A DNA stretch of 64,000 nt from Thermodesulfobacteriota bacterium (GTDB taxonomy: Bacteria; Desulfobacterota; BSN033; UBA1163): NCBI GenBank assembly GCA_035625415.1, contig DASPPQ010000032.1, forward strand, positions 18,866 to 82,865, written 5' to 3'. Position 1 is the stretch's first letter, and every line of letters starts with the position of its first letter. The notes under the pieces were generated by a model. The model made no database searches. It saw only the letters and a program-made list of their open reading frames with translations, and was not told where the DNA came from. Shown piece after piece: positions 27,877 through 36,413 of this stretch. The position numbers were made by a program, and so were the translations under genes.

Positions 27877-28601
27877 TGTTTCTCTCCGTTGAAGACCTGC
27901 ATGTTGGCTACGGCCCTATTGAGGCCCTTCATGGGATCACCTTTGATGTGAGGGAAGGGGAGATTGTTACCTTAATCGGCGCCAACGGTGCTGGAAAATC
28001 GACAACCCTGATGAGCATCATGCGCCTCCCTCCTCCAGAAGCTCCGGTCTATCACTCAGGGAAGATGATGTTTGAAGGGAGGGATCTCACGCAGTTTTCG
28101 CCCCATCACGTTGTGAGTCGTTTGGGAATCTCTCTGGTGCCGGAGGGGAGGCGGATCTTCGGGAATCTGACGGTATGGGAGAATTTGAAGATTGCAGCCT
28201 ATGCCCATGAGGATCGTCAACAGATTCAGCAGAAAGCAAGAAGGATCTTCGGCCTCTTCCCGAGGTTGGAGGAGCGCCGGCATCAGACGGCGGATACCCT
28301 GAGCGGCGGAGAACAACAGATGCTCTCCGTTGCCCGGGCCATGATGACCGGAGGCAGAATGATGCTTCTGGACGAGCCCTCCATGGGACTTGCTCCTTTC
28401 TTGATGTATGAGCTCTTTCACGTCTTGAAAGAGCTCAATCAGCAAGGGACGACGATTTTACTGGTGGAGCAGAATGCAAGGATCGCTCTCAAATATGCGC
28501 ACCGGGGTTATGTCTTGGAGACGGGCAGTATCCTTTTGGAAGGAAATGCAAAGGATCTGGCCAAGAATGAGGAAGTCAAAAAGGCCTATTTGGGAGAGTG
28601 A
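27876..28601 (+). CDS. livF: Branched-chain amino acid ABC transporter ATP-binding protein LivF
   Basis: Walker A GANGAGKST, signature LSGGEQQMLSVARAM, Walker B LLDEPSMGLAP, LLVEQNA. The ATG overlaps the livG TGA by 1 nt. The 38-aa upstream extension in the ORF track is spurious. Confidence 0.9.
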   Translation: MFLSVEDLHVGYGPIEALHGITFDVREGEIVTLIGANGAGKSTTLMSIMRLPPPEAPVYHSGKMMFEGRDLTQFSPHHVVSRLGISLVPEGRRIFGNLTVWENLKIAAYAHEDRQQIQQKARRIFGLFPRLEERRHQTADTLSGGEQQMLSVARAMMTGGRMMLLDEPSMGLAPFLMYELFHVLKELNQQGTTILLVEQNARIALKYAHRGYVLETGSILLEGNAKDLAKNEEVKKAYLGE

Positions 28602-28683
28602 AACTCTCAGATTAGAGAAATCTGGATATCCGGAACTCCCTGATTAGACCAACAGTACCTTGTGTCAAGAGTCCCTTTACTTT

Positions 28684-28770
28684 GTTTGTCATTCCGGACT
28701 TGATCCGGAATCCAGTCTCTTCAACTGGGTTCCCGCTGGAGTTTACCCCGTATCGGATACGGGACGGGAA
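28684..28770. repeat. REPIN-like doublet element (gtcattccggacttgatccggaatccag - spacer - hairpin - gggaatgac)
   Basis: Terminal 8-bp inverted repeats gtcattcc/ggaatgac enclose two hairpin modules. The 27-mer tgtcattccggacttgatccggaatccag is identical to the copy at 32609. Confidence 0.65.
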
Positions 28771-29031
28771 TGACACCTTGAGAAATAATGTAAAGAAGTG
28801 TTGGGCGTACCGCACGAGTGAAACAATTTTGCAGATCAGAAATGTACTGAAAATAGAGAGGGCGAGCTTAAGTGCATGTCTATCCTCTAAGCGGTCATCA
28901 ATATTCCGTTAGAGAAATTGAGATAAAGGATTATAATTGAAATTGGGTCAGTTCACGATTCACGCCCGCCTGCCGGAAAGGCAGGGAACACGAGCACGAA
29001 TCACGTCATTTTCTGAATAGGGGGGTGTATC

Positions 29032-29418
29032 ATGAGATTTCCTGAAGATTTGCTTTACGCGGAGAGCCACGAATGGCTGAAAGTCGAAGGAAGCCGGGTG
29101 ACGATCGGGCTGACGGACTATGCTCAGAGTCAGTTGAAGGATATTGTCTATGTGGACCTCCCTGAAGTTGGCTCTGAGTTTAAGAAAGGGGATAGCATTG
29201 GAGTGGTCGAGTCTGTGAAGACCGTTGCTGATGTTTACTCTCCGGCGACGGGTAAAGTGACGGATAGAAACCTTACCCTTAAGGATCATCCCGAATTCAT
29301 CAACGGAGATCCCTACGGGAAGGGATGGTTGGTTAAAATGGAGATTCAAGACAAGGAGGAGTTGAAAGAACTTTTATCCTCCAAGGCCTATCAGGGGTCT
29401 TTAACCGAGGAATTGTAG
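29032..29418 (+). CDS. gcvH: Glycine cleavage system H protein
   Basis: 128 aa. Lipoyl-lysine motif VVESVKTVADVYSP with YAESHEWLKVEG. Confidence 0.95.
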   Translation: MRFPEDLLYAESHEWLKVEGSRVTIGLTDYAQSQLKDIVYVDLPEVGSEFKKGDSIGVVESVKTVADVYSPATGKVTDRNLTLKDHPEFINGDPYGKGWLVKMEIQDKEELKELLSSKAYQGSLTEEL

Positions 29419-30762
29419 ATGCAGGGCCATAATCGTTACATTCCCCATACGGAAGAAGACATCCGAAAAATGCTCGACACCCTTGGCCTCGAAAAGATCG
29501 AGGATCTTTTCCAGGCCATTCCGAAAGAGTACAGGCTTTCCAACCCGTTGAACCTTCCGGAGCCTCTTTCCGAACCGGATCTTCTTCGCCACTTCGAGGG
29601 ACTCCAAGTTCCCATGATGAGTAGTTTTCTTGGAGCAGGGGCTTACCATCATTTCATCCCTGCCGTGGTTTCTCATTTGGTCTCCCGTTCCGAGTTTTCC
29701 ACTGCGTACACCCCTTATCAGCCCGAGGTTAGCCAGGGAACGCTTCAAGCGATCTTCGAATACCAGACATTGATGTGTCAGTTGACAGGGATGGAAGTCT
29801 CAAATGCGTCCATGTATGACGGCGCTTCGAGTCTGGCAGAAGCCGTTTTGATGGCACATCGGATCACGAAGAGGAAGAAAATCCTTCTCTCACAGGCGGT
29901 CCATCCCGAATATCGAAGAGTGGTTCAGACGTACATCGATCCTGACCAACAAGAGGTCATTCCGGTTCCTTATCAGAAGAAGGAAGGCCGAACGGATGAG
30001 AGGGTTTTGTTTGGACTCCTGAAAGAGGATGTGAGCGCGGTCGTGATTCAGAGCCCTAACTTTTTTGGCGTCGTTGAAGAGCTCCAACCTCTTGGGGAAA
30101 GGATCCACAGCTGTGGAGCGTTGATGATCGCAGGGTTCAGTGAAGCGGTCGCCTATGGAATTTTGCAGCCTCCCGGTGCGATGGGAGCCGATATCGTTGC
30201 AGGCGAAGGCCAGAGCCTGGGTATCCCTGTGTCTTATGGTGGTCCTTATCTCGGAATCTTCGCTACTGTTGGAACATTTGTCAGGAATATGCCCGGTCGC
30301 TTGGTTGGCGAAACGATTGATCTGGAGGGGAAGAGAGGGTTCGTCCTCACCCTGGCGACCAGGGAGCAACACATTCGGAGAGAGCGGGCTACCTCTAATA
30401 TCTGTACGAATGAAGGACTTTGTGCCCTGATGGCAGCGGTTTTTCTATCCTGCCTTGGAAAAGAAGGTTTGAAAGAATTAGCCATGATGAACCTGAGCAA
30501 AACGGAATATGCAAAGAAGGTTATTTCCCGAATTCGTGGCTGCAAACTAAATTTCACTGCTCCCACTTTTAACGAATTCGTCCTGCGGGTTGAAAAAAAC
30601 CCTGAAGAGATTTTGGAGAAGCTAAGGAAGAAGGGGGTTTTAGGCGGCCTTGCTTTAGAAAAATTTTATCCTGAACTCGATCATCATCTCCTCGTCACTG
30701 TAACCGAGATGAACAAGAAAGAAGAGATCGACCGCTGGGCTGAGTTTTTAGAGAAAGCATAA
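29419..30762 (+). CDS. gcvPA: Glycine dehydrogenase (decarboxylating) subunit 1
   Basis: 447-aa N-terminal P-protein subunit. Sits immediately after gcvH. Confidence 0.9.
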   Translation: MQGHNRYIPHTEEDIRKMLDTLGLEKIEDLFQAIPKEYRLSNPLNLPEPLSEPDLLRHFEGLQVPMMSSFLGAGAYHHFIPAVVSHLVSRSEFSTAYTPYQPEVSQGTLQAIFEYQTLMCQLTGMEVSNASMYDGASSLAEAVLMAHRITKRKKILLSQAVHPEYRRVVQTYIDPDQQEVIPVPYQKKEGRTDERVLFGLLKEDVSAVVIQSPNFFGVVEELQPLGERIHSCGALMIAGFSEAVAYGILQPPGAMGADIVAGEGQSLGIPVSYGGPYLGIFATVGTFVRNMPGRLVGETIDLEGKRGFVLTLATREQHIRRERATSNICTNEGLCALMAAVFLSCLGKEGLKELAMMNLSKTEYAKKVISRIRGCKLNFTAPTFNEFVLRVEKNPEEILEKLRKKGVLGGLALEKFYPELDHHLLVTVTEMNKKEEIDRWAEFLEKA

Positions 30763-30824
30763 TCCCCCTCTTTCCCCCTTTAGCAAAGAGGGATGAAGGG
30801 GGATTTGATAAGGTAGGTAATAGA

Positions 30825-32333
30825 ATGAAGAAAATAGATGATACCGGGCTTCTCCAAGATGAACTTCTGATATTTGAGCAAGGAGGCAAAGGAAGAAAAG
30901 GATATTCTTTGCCCCGGTGGGATGTAGAGGAAGTGGAAGTCCAGAACTTTTTTCCCCCCGGTCTCTTGCGCAAGGAGCTCGAAGGATTTCCGCAACTGAG
31001 CGAGGTCGATGTGGTGCGCCACTTCACACGACTTTCCCAATGGAACTACGGAGTGGATAGCGGGCTTTATCCATTGGGTTCTTGCACGATGAAGTATAAT
31101 CCGAAAGTGAACGAAGAGATTGCGAGGATGAGCGGATTTTCGAAAATCCATCCCTACACTCCCGAAGAACTTTCTCAGGGAATTCTGAGATTGATGTTCG
31201 GGCTTCAAGGCTTTCTTGGCGAGATTACCGGGATGGATCATGTCACATTACAGCCTGCGGCAGGAGCGCACGGGGAATTGACTGGGATGATGATGGTCAG
31301 GGCCTGTCTTCAAGCCCGTGGGGAGAAGAGAAAAAAAGTGTTAGTGCCGGATACCGCCCATGGAACCAACTGCTCTACTTCTTCGGTCGCCTCTTATCAG
31401 ATGATCGAGATTAAATCGAACGAAAATGGGGTGATCCCTCCGGAAAAAGTGAACGAGGTGATGGATGAAGAAGTGGCAGCCATCATGGTAACGAATCCTA
31501 ACACGCTGGGCCTATTTGAAGGACATCTGGACAAGATCGCCGGGATTGTCCATGGCAAAGGAGGGTTTGTCTATTGCGACGGTGCCAATCTCAATGCCCT
31601 GATGGGTGTGGTAAAACTGGGTGAATTGGGGGTGGATGTGGTCCACATCAATCTCCATAAGACCTTCTCAACTCCTCACGGTGGAGGAGGTCCCGGAGGC
31701 GGCCCGGTGGCCGTCAAAAAGGAGCTTGCCCCCTATCTCCCGATTCCGGTGATTGAAAGACGGGGAGAAAGTTATCGGCTGAACGATGACCGGCCTCACA
31801 GCATCGGAAAGGTGAAGACCTTCTACGGGAACTTCGGAGTCTTGATCAAAGCTTATGCCTACATCCTCTCGATGGGAGCGGAAGGGCTCAAGAAGGCGAG
31901 TGAGATGGCCGTGCTTAACGCCAACTATCTGATGAAAAGGCTAAAGGACTATTATCATCTTCCCTATGATCGACCTTGCATGCACGAGTGTGTCTTTACT
32001 GACCGGATTCAAGAAAGATATCAGGTCAGCACCCTCGACATCGCCAAAAGGCTGATTGATTACGGTTTTCATCCTCCGACAATCTACTTCCCCCTGGTTG
32101 TGAAGGGTGCGCTGATGATGGAGCCTACAGAGACGGAGAGCAAGGAAAGCATCGATCGATTTATTGAAACGATGATTATAATTGCTAAAGAGGCAGAAGA
32201 AGATCCGGACCTCCTTCGACAGGCGCCTCAGAAGGTGAAGGTAAGGAGGCTCGACGAAGTCCTGGCTGCGAGAAGGCCGAAATTGAAATGGACTGCTCCC
32301 TCGCCCTCTTCTCCCCGACGGGGAGAGAGATAA
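30825..32333 (+). CDS. gcvPB: Glycine dehydrogenase (decarboxylating) subunit 2
   Basis: 502-aa C-terminal P-protein subunit with the PLP-Lys region (HINLHKTFSTPHGGGGPG). The last ~20 aa run into the repeat region and may be an over-extension. Confidence 0.9.
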   Translation: MKKIDDTGLLQDELLIFEQGGKGRKGYSLPRWDVEEVEVQNFFPPGLLRKELEGFPQLSEVDVVRHFTRLSQWNYGVDSGLYPLGSCTMKYNPKVNEEIARMSGFSKIHPYTPEELSQGILRLMFGLQGFLGEITGMDHVTLQPAAGAHGELTGMMMVRACLQARGEKRKKVLVPDTAHGTNCSTSSVASYQMIEIKSNENGVIPPEKVNEVMDEEVAAIMVTNPNTLGLFEGHLDKIAGIVHGKGGFVYCDGANLNALMGVVKLGELGVDVVHINLHKTFSTPHGGGGPGGGPVAVKKELAPYLPIPVIERRGESYRLNDDRPHSIGKVKTFYGNFGVLIKAYAYILSMGAEGLKKASEMAVLNANYLMKRLKDYYHLPYDRPCMHECVFTDRIQERYQVSTLDIAKRLIDYGFHPPTIYFPLVVKGALMMEPTETESKESIDRFIETMIIIAKEAEEDPDLLRQAPQKVKVRRLDEVLAARRPKLKWTAPSPSSPRRGER

Positions 32334-32609
32334 GGTCAGGGGGAAATCCCAAATTTCAAATCCCAAGTTCCAAATAATGACCAATTATCAAACTCCAAAA
32401 GTGAAAATTGAATATACCCCCTCTCCCATGGTGGGAGAGGGCGACGGTGAGGGGGGCCATACCATACCCTCCCCCACCTTGATCCTCCCCCATAAAGGGG
32501 GAGGATAGGCTTTGGCCTGCATGCGCGAAGTCCCGCGTTGCGGGACGGAGGCAGGTGCTCGGGATTTGGAATTTTAATGTGACGTCTCATAAATTATTTT
32601 ACAGAGACT

Positions 32610-32673
32610 GTCATTCCGGACTTGATCCGGAATCCAGGCTTTTCAACTGGATTCCCGCTTTCGCGGGAATGAC
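32610..32673. repeat. REPIN-like doublet element, second copy
   Basis: Reads gtcattccggacttgatccggaatccag ggcttttcaactggattcccg ctttcgcgggaatgac. Same architecture as the copy at 28684. Confidence 0.65.
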
Positions 32674-32733
32674 GACCGGCATCATCATTGTAATGAAGTG
32701 TTAGATTCACTACACTATTGCATAGAGCGAACC

Positions 32734-33405
32734 ATGGAAAGATCTGGTTACATCATCGATCTTGGCCTGCTCGATTACCAGAAGGCATGGGACCTTCAGC
32801 ATCAACTCTGGTCGAGGCGGGTGGAAGAAGAGCTACCGGATGTATTACTGATCCTTGAACATCCCCATGTGATTACTCTTGGAAGGCGTGGAGACCGATC
32901 CCATCTGATTGCCTCTTCAGAAGTCTTGGAGGAAATGAAGATTCCCGTTTTCCATGTAGAGAGGGGCGGGGACGTCACCTACCACGGTCCCGGACAGATG
33001 GTGGTTTACCCCATCCTCAATCTGAAAGAGTACGGGTATCGGGTTGTTCGATACGTCGGTCAGCTAGAAGAGGTCATTCTGCGCGTCCTCAGAGATTTTG
33101 GGATCGAAGGAAGAAGAGACCCCTCGAATCGGGGTGTCTGGGCGGGTGAAAAGAAGATTGCGTCGGTCGGGGTAGCGATAAAAAGAAGGGTATCCCTCCA
33201 TGGGATTGCTCTTAACTACGAGACGGACCTAAAATACTTTAATCTCATCAACGCCTGTGGGCTTGAGGGGAAAAAAGTAACCTCCGTGGCGGAGATTCTT
33301 GGGACAGGAATCTCTCGAGCGCGGCTGCTTGAGAGGGTGATTTTCCATGTCAAAGAGATTTTCGAAAGAAATTGGGAAGAGAAGAGCCTGGAAGAGTTGA
33401 TATAG
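32734..33405 (+). CDS. lipB: Octanoyltransferase LipB
   Basis: Motifs LILEHPHVITLGRRG, KIASVGVAIKRRVSLHGIALN and the catalytic Lys region. Start moved to MERSGYII (32734). Confidence 0.85.
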   Translation: MERSGYIIDLGLLDYQKAWDLQHQLWSRRVEEELPDVLLILEHPHVITLGRRGDRSHLIASSEVLEEMKIPVFHVERGGDVTYHGPGQMVVYPILNLKEYGYRVVRYVGQLEEVILRVLRDFGIEGRRDPSNRGVWAGEKKIASVGVAIKRRVSLHGIALNYETDLKYFNLINACGLEGKKVTSVAEILGTGISRARLLERVIFHVKEIFERNWEEKSLEELI

Positions 33406-33411
33406 ACAGTT

Positions 33412-33915
33412 ATGGATAAAAAGGAAGAAGGTGGCACAGGCTTCCAGCCTGTGAGTTCCTTCAGAATTAGCAGAAGAAATCTCCCTCATTGGCAGGAACC
33501 TGACAGAGTATATTTTTTGACATGGCGATGCCTGAAGGAACAACTCTTATCACACGAAGAGCGCACAATAACCTTGGACTGTCTATGTTACTGGATTGGA
33601 CAAAAGTGGACTCTCTATGCGGCCGTGGTTATGCCGGATCATGTCCATACTTTGTGTCAACCATTGGCCAAGAAGAAAAGCGGCACATATGACTTAGGAG
33701 AGATTTTGCACAGTGTGAAGAGTTTTAGTGCACATAGAATCAACCAGCAAAGAGGAACGAAGGGATCGATCTGGTTAGATGAGCGGTTTAATCGCATTGT
33801 GCGTGATGAGAAGGAATTTGATGAAAAGTGGCAGTATATAAGGAACAATCCAGTAAAGAATGGGCTTTCTGAAAGGCCTGAAGACCACCCCTGGTTTTAT
33901 GAGTCGGTTTTATAA
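33412..33915 (+). mobile_element. REP-associated tyrosine transposase (RAYT, IS200/IS605 Y1 HUH family)
   Basis: 167 aa. RRNLPHWQEPDRVYFLTWRC matches the RAYT N-terminal motif. HUH motif MPDHVHTL and a downstream Tyr region (RIVRDEKEFDEKWQYIRNNPV). Flanked by matching hairpins cacaggcttccagcctgtg at 33436-33454 and cacaggccggaggcctgtg at 33919-33937. Confidence 0.75.
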
Positions 33916-33964
33916 CACACAGGCCGGAGGCCTGTGCCACCTGTGCTTTGGGAGTTTAAATAAA

Positions 33965-35380
33965 ATGAATATGGATCCTAAAAAGGTGGTTGTGATCGGA
34001 GGAGGACCGGGTGGCTATGTGGCGGCGATTCGAGCTGCCCAACTGGGAGCCAGAGTCACCCTGATAGAAAATGATAAAATCGGAGGAACCTGTCTCAACC
34101 GGGGTTGCATTCCAACCAAGGCGCTTCTCTTTGATGCGAAAATACTCCGATCACTGAAACGTTCCACAGTTTTTCAATCCCTTTTTAATGAGAGATTTAA
34201 TCCCTTCAAGTCAATGATGGACCGGAAGGAAAAGGTGGTTCAGGAATTGGTGAAGGGTGTGGAGATACTTCTCGAATCCCATCGTGTGACGGTTAATCAT
34301 GCCCGGGCCGACCTTTTGGGATCTAATCGAGTGGGTTTATTATATAGTGATGGAAAAAGGGAGATCGTCGAAGGCGATGCGATCATCCTGGCACCTGGCT
34401 CAAAATCGAAAGCCCTCTCTCAAATTGCGCCTGATGGTGAGAAAATCATCACCAGCGATGAGGCATTGCAGATCAAAAAGATTCCCCGTGAGATGGCCAT
34501 CGTGGGGGGAGGGTATATCGGGGTTGAGTTCGCGACGATATTCAATGTTTTAGGTTCACAAGTGACAATCATTGAAATGCTGGATAATCTTCTGCCCGGT
34601 CTTGAAGATGAATTGGCTCGGAATCTTCGAAGGTTCTTGGAGAGGGACGGGATAAAGATTTTGACGAAGTCGAAAGTCGGAGCTCTCCATCTCGCGGAAG
34701 ATAAATTGAGATTAACTCTCGACACCCCGCAGGGAATTCAGGAAACTGCGGTTGAGAAGCTGCTTTTGGCTGTCGGGAGGAGCCCCAATTTAGACATCGA
34801 TTTTCAAAAAGCTGGCATTGAGATCTCGCCGACAGGCATACGAGTCAACCGCCGGATGGAAACCACGGTTCCGTATATTTATGCGGTCGGTGATGCGATT
34901 GGAGGGACAATGCTGGCCCACGTGGCGATGGAGGAAGGAGTGGTAGCAGCTGAAAATGCGATGGGGATTAACCGTGAAATGGAAGATCGTTTCATCCCTC
35001 TCTGCATTTTCTCTTATCCGGAGATCGCCTCCATCGGATATACCGAAAAGGAGGCAAAAGGGAAAGGGGCAATAAAGATAGGCCGCTTCCCCTTCCGTTC
35101 CAATCCAGCGGCGTTAATCTCCGGTGAGACCGATGGTCTCATCAAAGTGATTGCTCGTCGAGAGGATGACCAGGTTTTAGGGGTTCACATCATTGGCCAC
35201 GACGCCAGCACTCTGATTTCAATTGCTTCCTCTCTGATGGAGCAGCATGCCAAGGCCAAAGAGTTTGGCAGGCTGATTCAGGCTCATCCAACCACTCCGG
35301 AGGCTCTGAAAGAGGCGTGTCTCGATGTGGCTGGCTCAGCCATCCATCTCCCGAGGCCCCTGCGGAGGTTAAGCGCATAG
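33965..35380 (+). CDS. lpdA: Dihydrolipoyl dehydrogenase (L-protein / E3)
   Basis: FAD motif VVVIGGGPGGYVAAIRAAQLG. Redox disulfide GGTCLNRGCIPTK. A second Rossmann motif MAIVGGGYIGVEFA. The C-terminal dimerisation region carries the His. Start set at MNMDPKK. Confidence 0.9.
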   Translation: MNMDPKKVVVIGGGPGGYVAAIRAAQLGARVTLIENDKIGGTCLNRGCIPTKALLFDAKILRSLKRSTVFQSLFNERFNPFKSMMDRKEKVVQELVKGVEILLESHRVTVNHARADLLGSNRVGLLYSDGKREIVEGDAIILAPGSKSKALSQIAPDGEKIITSDEALQIKKIPREMAIVGGGYIGVEFATIFNVLGSQVTIIEMLDNLLPGLEDELARNLRRFLERDGIKILTKSKVGALHLAEDKLRLTLDTPQGIQETAVEKLLLAVGRSPNLDIDFQKAGIEISPTGIRVNRRMETTVPYIYAVGDAIGGTMLAHVAMEEGVVAAENAMGINREMEDRFIPLCIFSYPEIASIGYTEKEAKGKGAIKIGRFPFRSNPAALISGETDGLIKVIARREDDQVLGVHIIGHDASTLISIASSLMEQHAKAKEFGRLIQAHPTTPEALKEACLDVAGSAIHLPRPLRRLSA

Positions 35381-35451
35381 CGCAGAGCGTATACTACAAG
35401 ACCAACTAATATCTAACATTTTGCATTTTCCAATTTGCAGTTATCAATGAT

Positions 35452-36309
35452 ATGAGAAAACCTCCTTGGCTGAAAAAACGAATTCCCCCTTTTCAGGATG
35501 TTCAGAAAGTCAGATCGATCCTGGAGCAGACAGACCTTCACACGGTTTGCCAGGAGGCCCGCTGTCCAAACCTGGGTGAATGCTTCGCCAGGGAGACGGC
35601 CACCTTTCTGATTCTGGGAAGGGTTTGTACAAGAGATTGTGGTTTTTGTGCTGTGGAGCGTGGTGCACCTGGTCCGCCCGATGAAGCAGAACCCCAGAGG
35701 GTTGCCCAGGCTGTTCAGAAGATGGGTCTTCATTATGTGGTCATCACCTCGGTCACCCGGGATGATCTTCCGGATGGGGGAGCATCTTCTTTTGCTAAAA
35801 CGATTCGGGCCATTCGAGCATTGAATCCAAAGATAAAGGTTGAGGTATTGATTCCGGATTTCAAAGGAGATCAAGACTCCTTGAAGACCGTTCTAAAAGA
35901 ATCACCGGAGATCCTGAACCACAATATCGAGACCATCCCACAATTTTATCCTAGAGTCCGCCCCCTTGCGGACTACAAAAGGTCACTGGATTTGCTTAAA
36001 AAATCAAAAAAGGATTGCTCCCACATTCCCACCAAATCGGGTTATATGCTTGGATTCGGAGAGACTCGGGAAGAGGTCTTAGAACTCCTTCGAGATTTGA
36101 AGGAGGCAGGGTGTGACTTCTTAACGATCGGCCAATACCTTCAACCCCGTCAGGATCGTTTACCGGTCATACGATTTGTTCCTCCGGAGGAATTCGAAGA
36201 GTATAAAAGAATTGCAGAAAGGATGGGTTTTAGAGCTGTTGCCTCAGGTCCTTTTGTCCGAAGTTCCTTTCATGCCGCCCAGATGTTTGAAACAAATGCC
36301 ATTCGGTAG
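35452..36309 (+). CDS. lipA: Lipoyl synthase
   Basis: Auxiliary cluster CQEARCPNLGEC, radical-SAM motif CTRDCGFCAV, and the C-terminal RSSFHAAQ. Confidence 0.95.
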   Translation: MRKPPWLKKRIPPFQDVQKVRSILEQTDLHTVCQEARCPNLGECFARETATFLILGRVCTRDCGFCAVERGAPGPPDEAEPQRVAQAVQKMGLHYVVITSVTRDDLPDGGASSFAKTIRAIRALNPKIKVEVLIPDFKGDQDSLKTVLKESPEILNHNIETIPQFYPRVRPLADYKRSLDLLKKSKKDCSHIPTKSGYMLGFGETREEVLELLRDLKEAGCDFLTIGQYLQPRQDRLPVIRFVPPEEFEEYKRIAERMGFRAVASGPFVRSSFHAAQMFETNAIR

Positions 36310-36324
36310 CCTTCGAGCAAGAAT

Positions 36325-36373
36325 CCCCTCACCCCCTCCCTCTCCCAGCGGGGAGAGGGGAAGGGTGAGGGGG
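36325..36373 (+). terminator. G/C-rich hairpin terminator (cccctcaccccctccctctcc cagc ggggagaggggaagggtgaggggg)
   Basis: Near-perfect 21-bp stem directly after the lipA stop. Confidence 0.6.
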
Positions 36374-36413
36374 CAATGGATGATATGGTAGATATCTGAA
36401 GGAGGGAAAAAGA

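Noticed and set aside
28602-29031. Possible glycine riboswitch upstream of gcvH
   Set aside because: The long 5' region prompted a look. I could not find the conserved GGAGAG ... ACCGAAGGGGCAA ... CUCUC elements. The only structured elements are a REPIN-like repeat and a cctgccggaaaggcagg hairpin. An Rfam scan would be needed for certainty.
32336-32590. 84-aa minus-strand ORF in the gcvPB-lipB spacer
   Set aside because: It is composed of the hairpin and REP-like repeats. It is Pro/Arg/Gly-rich with no start context. Intergenic repeats are a better explanation.
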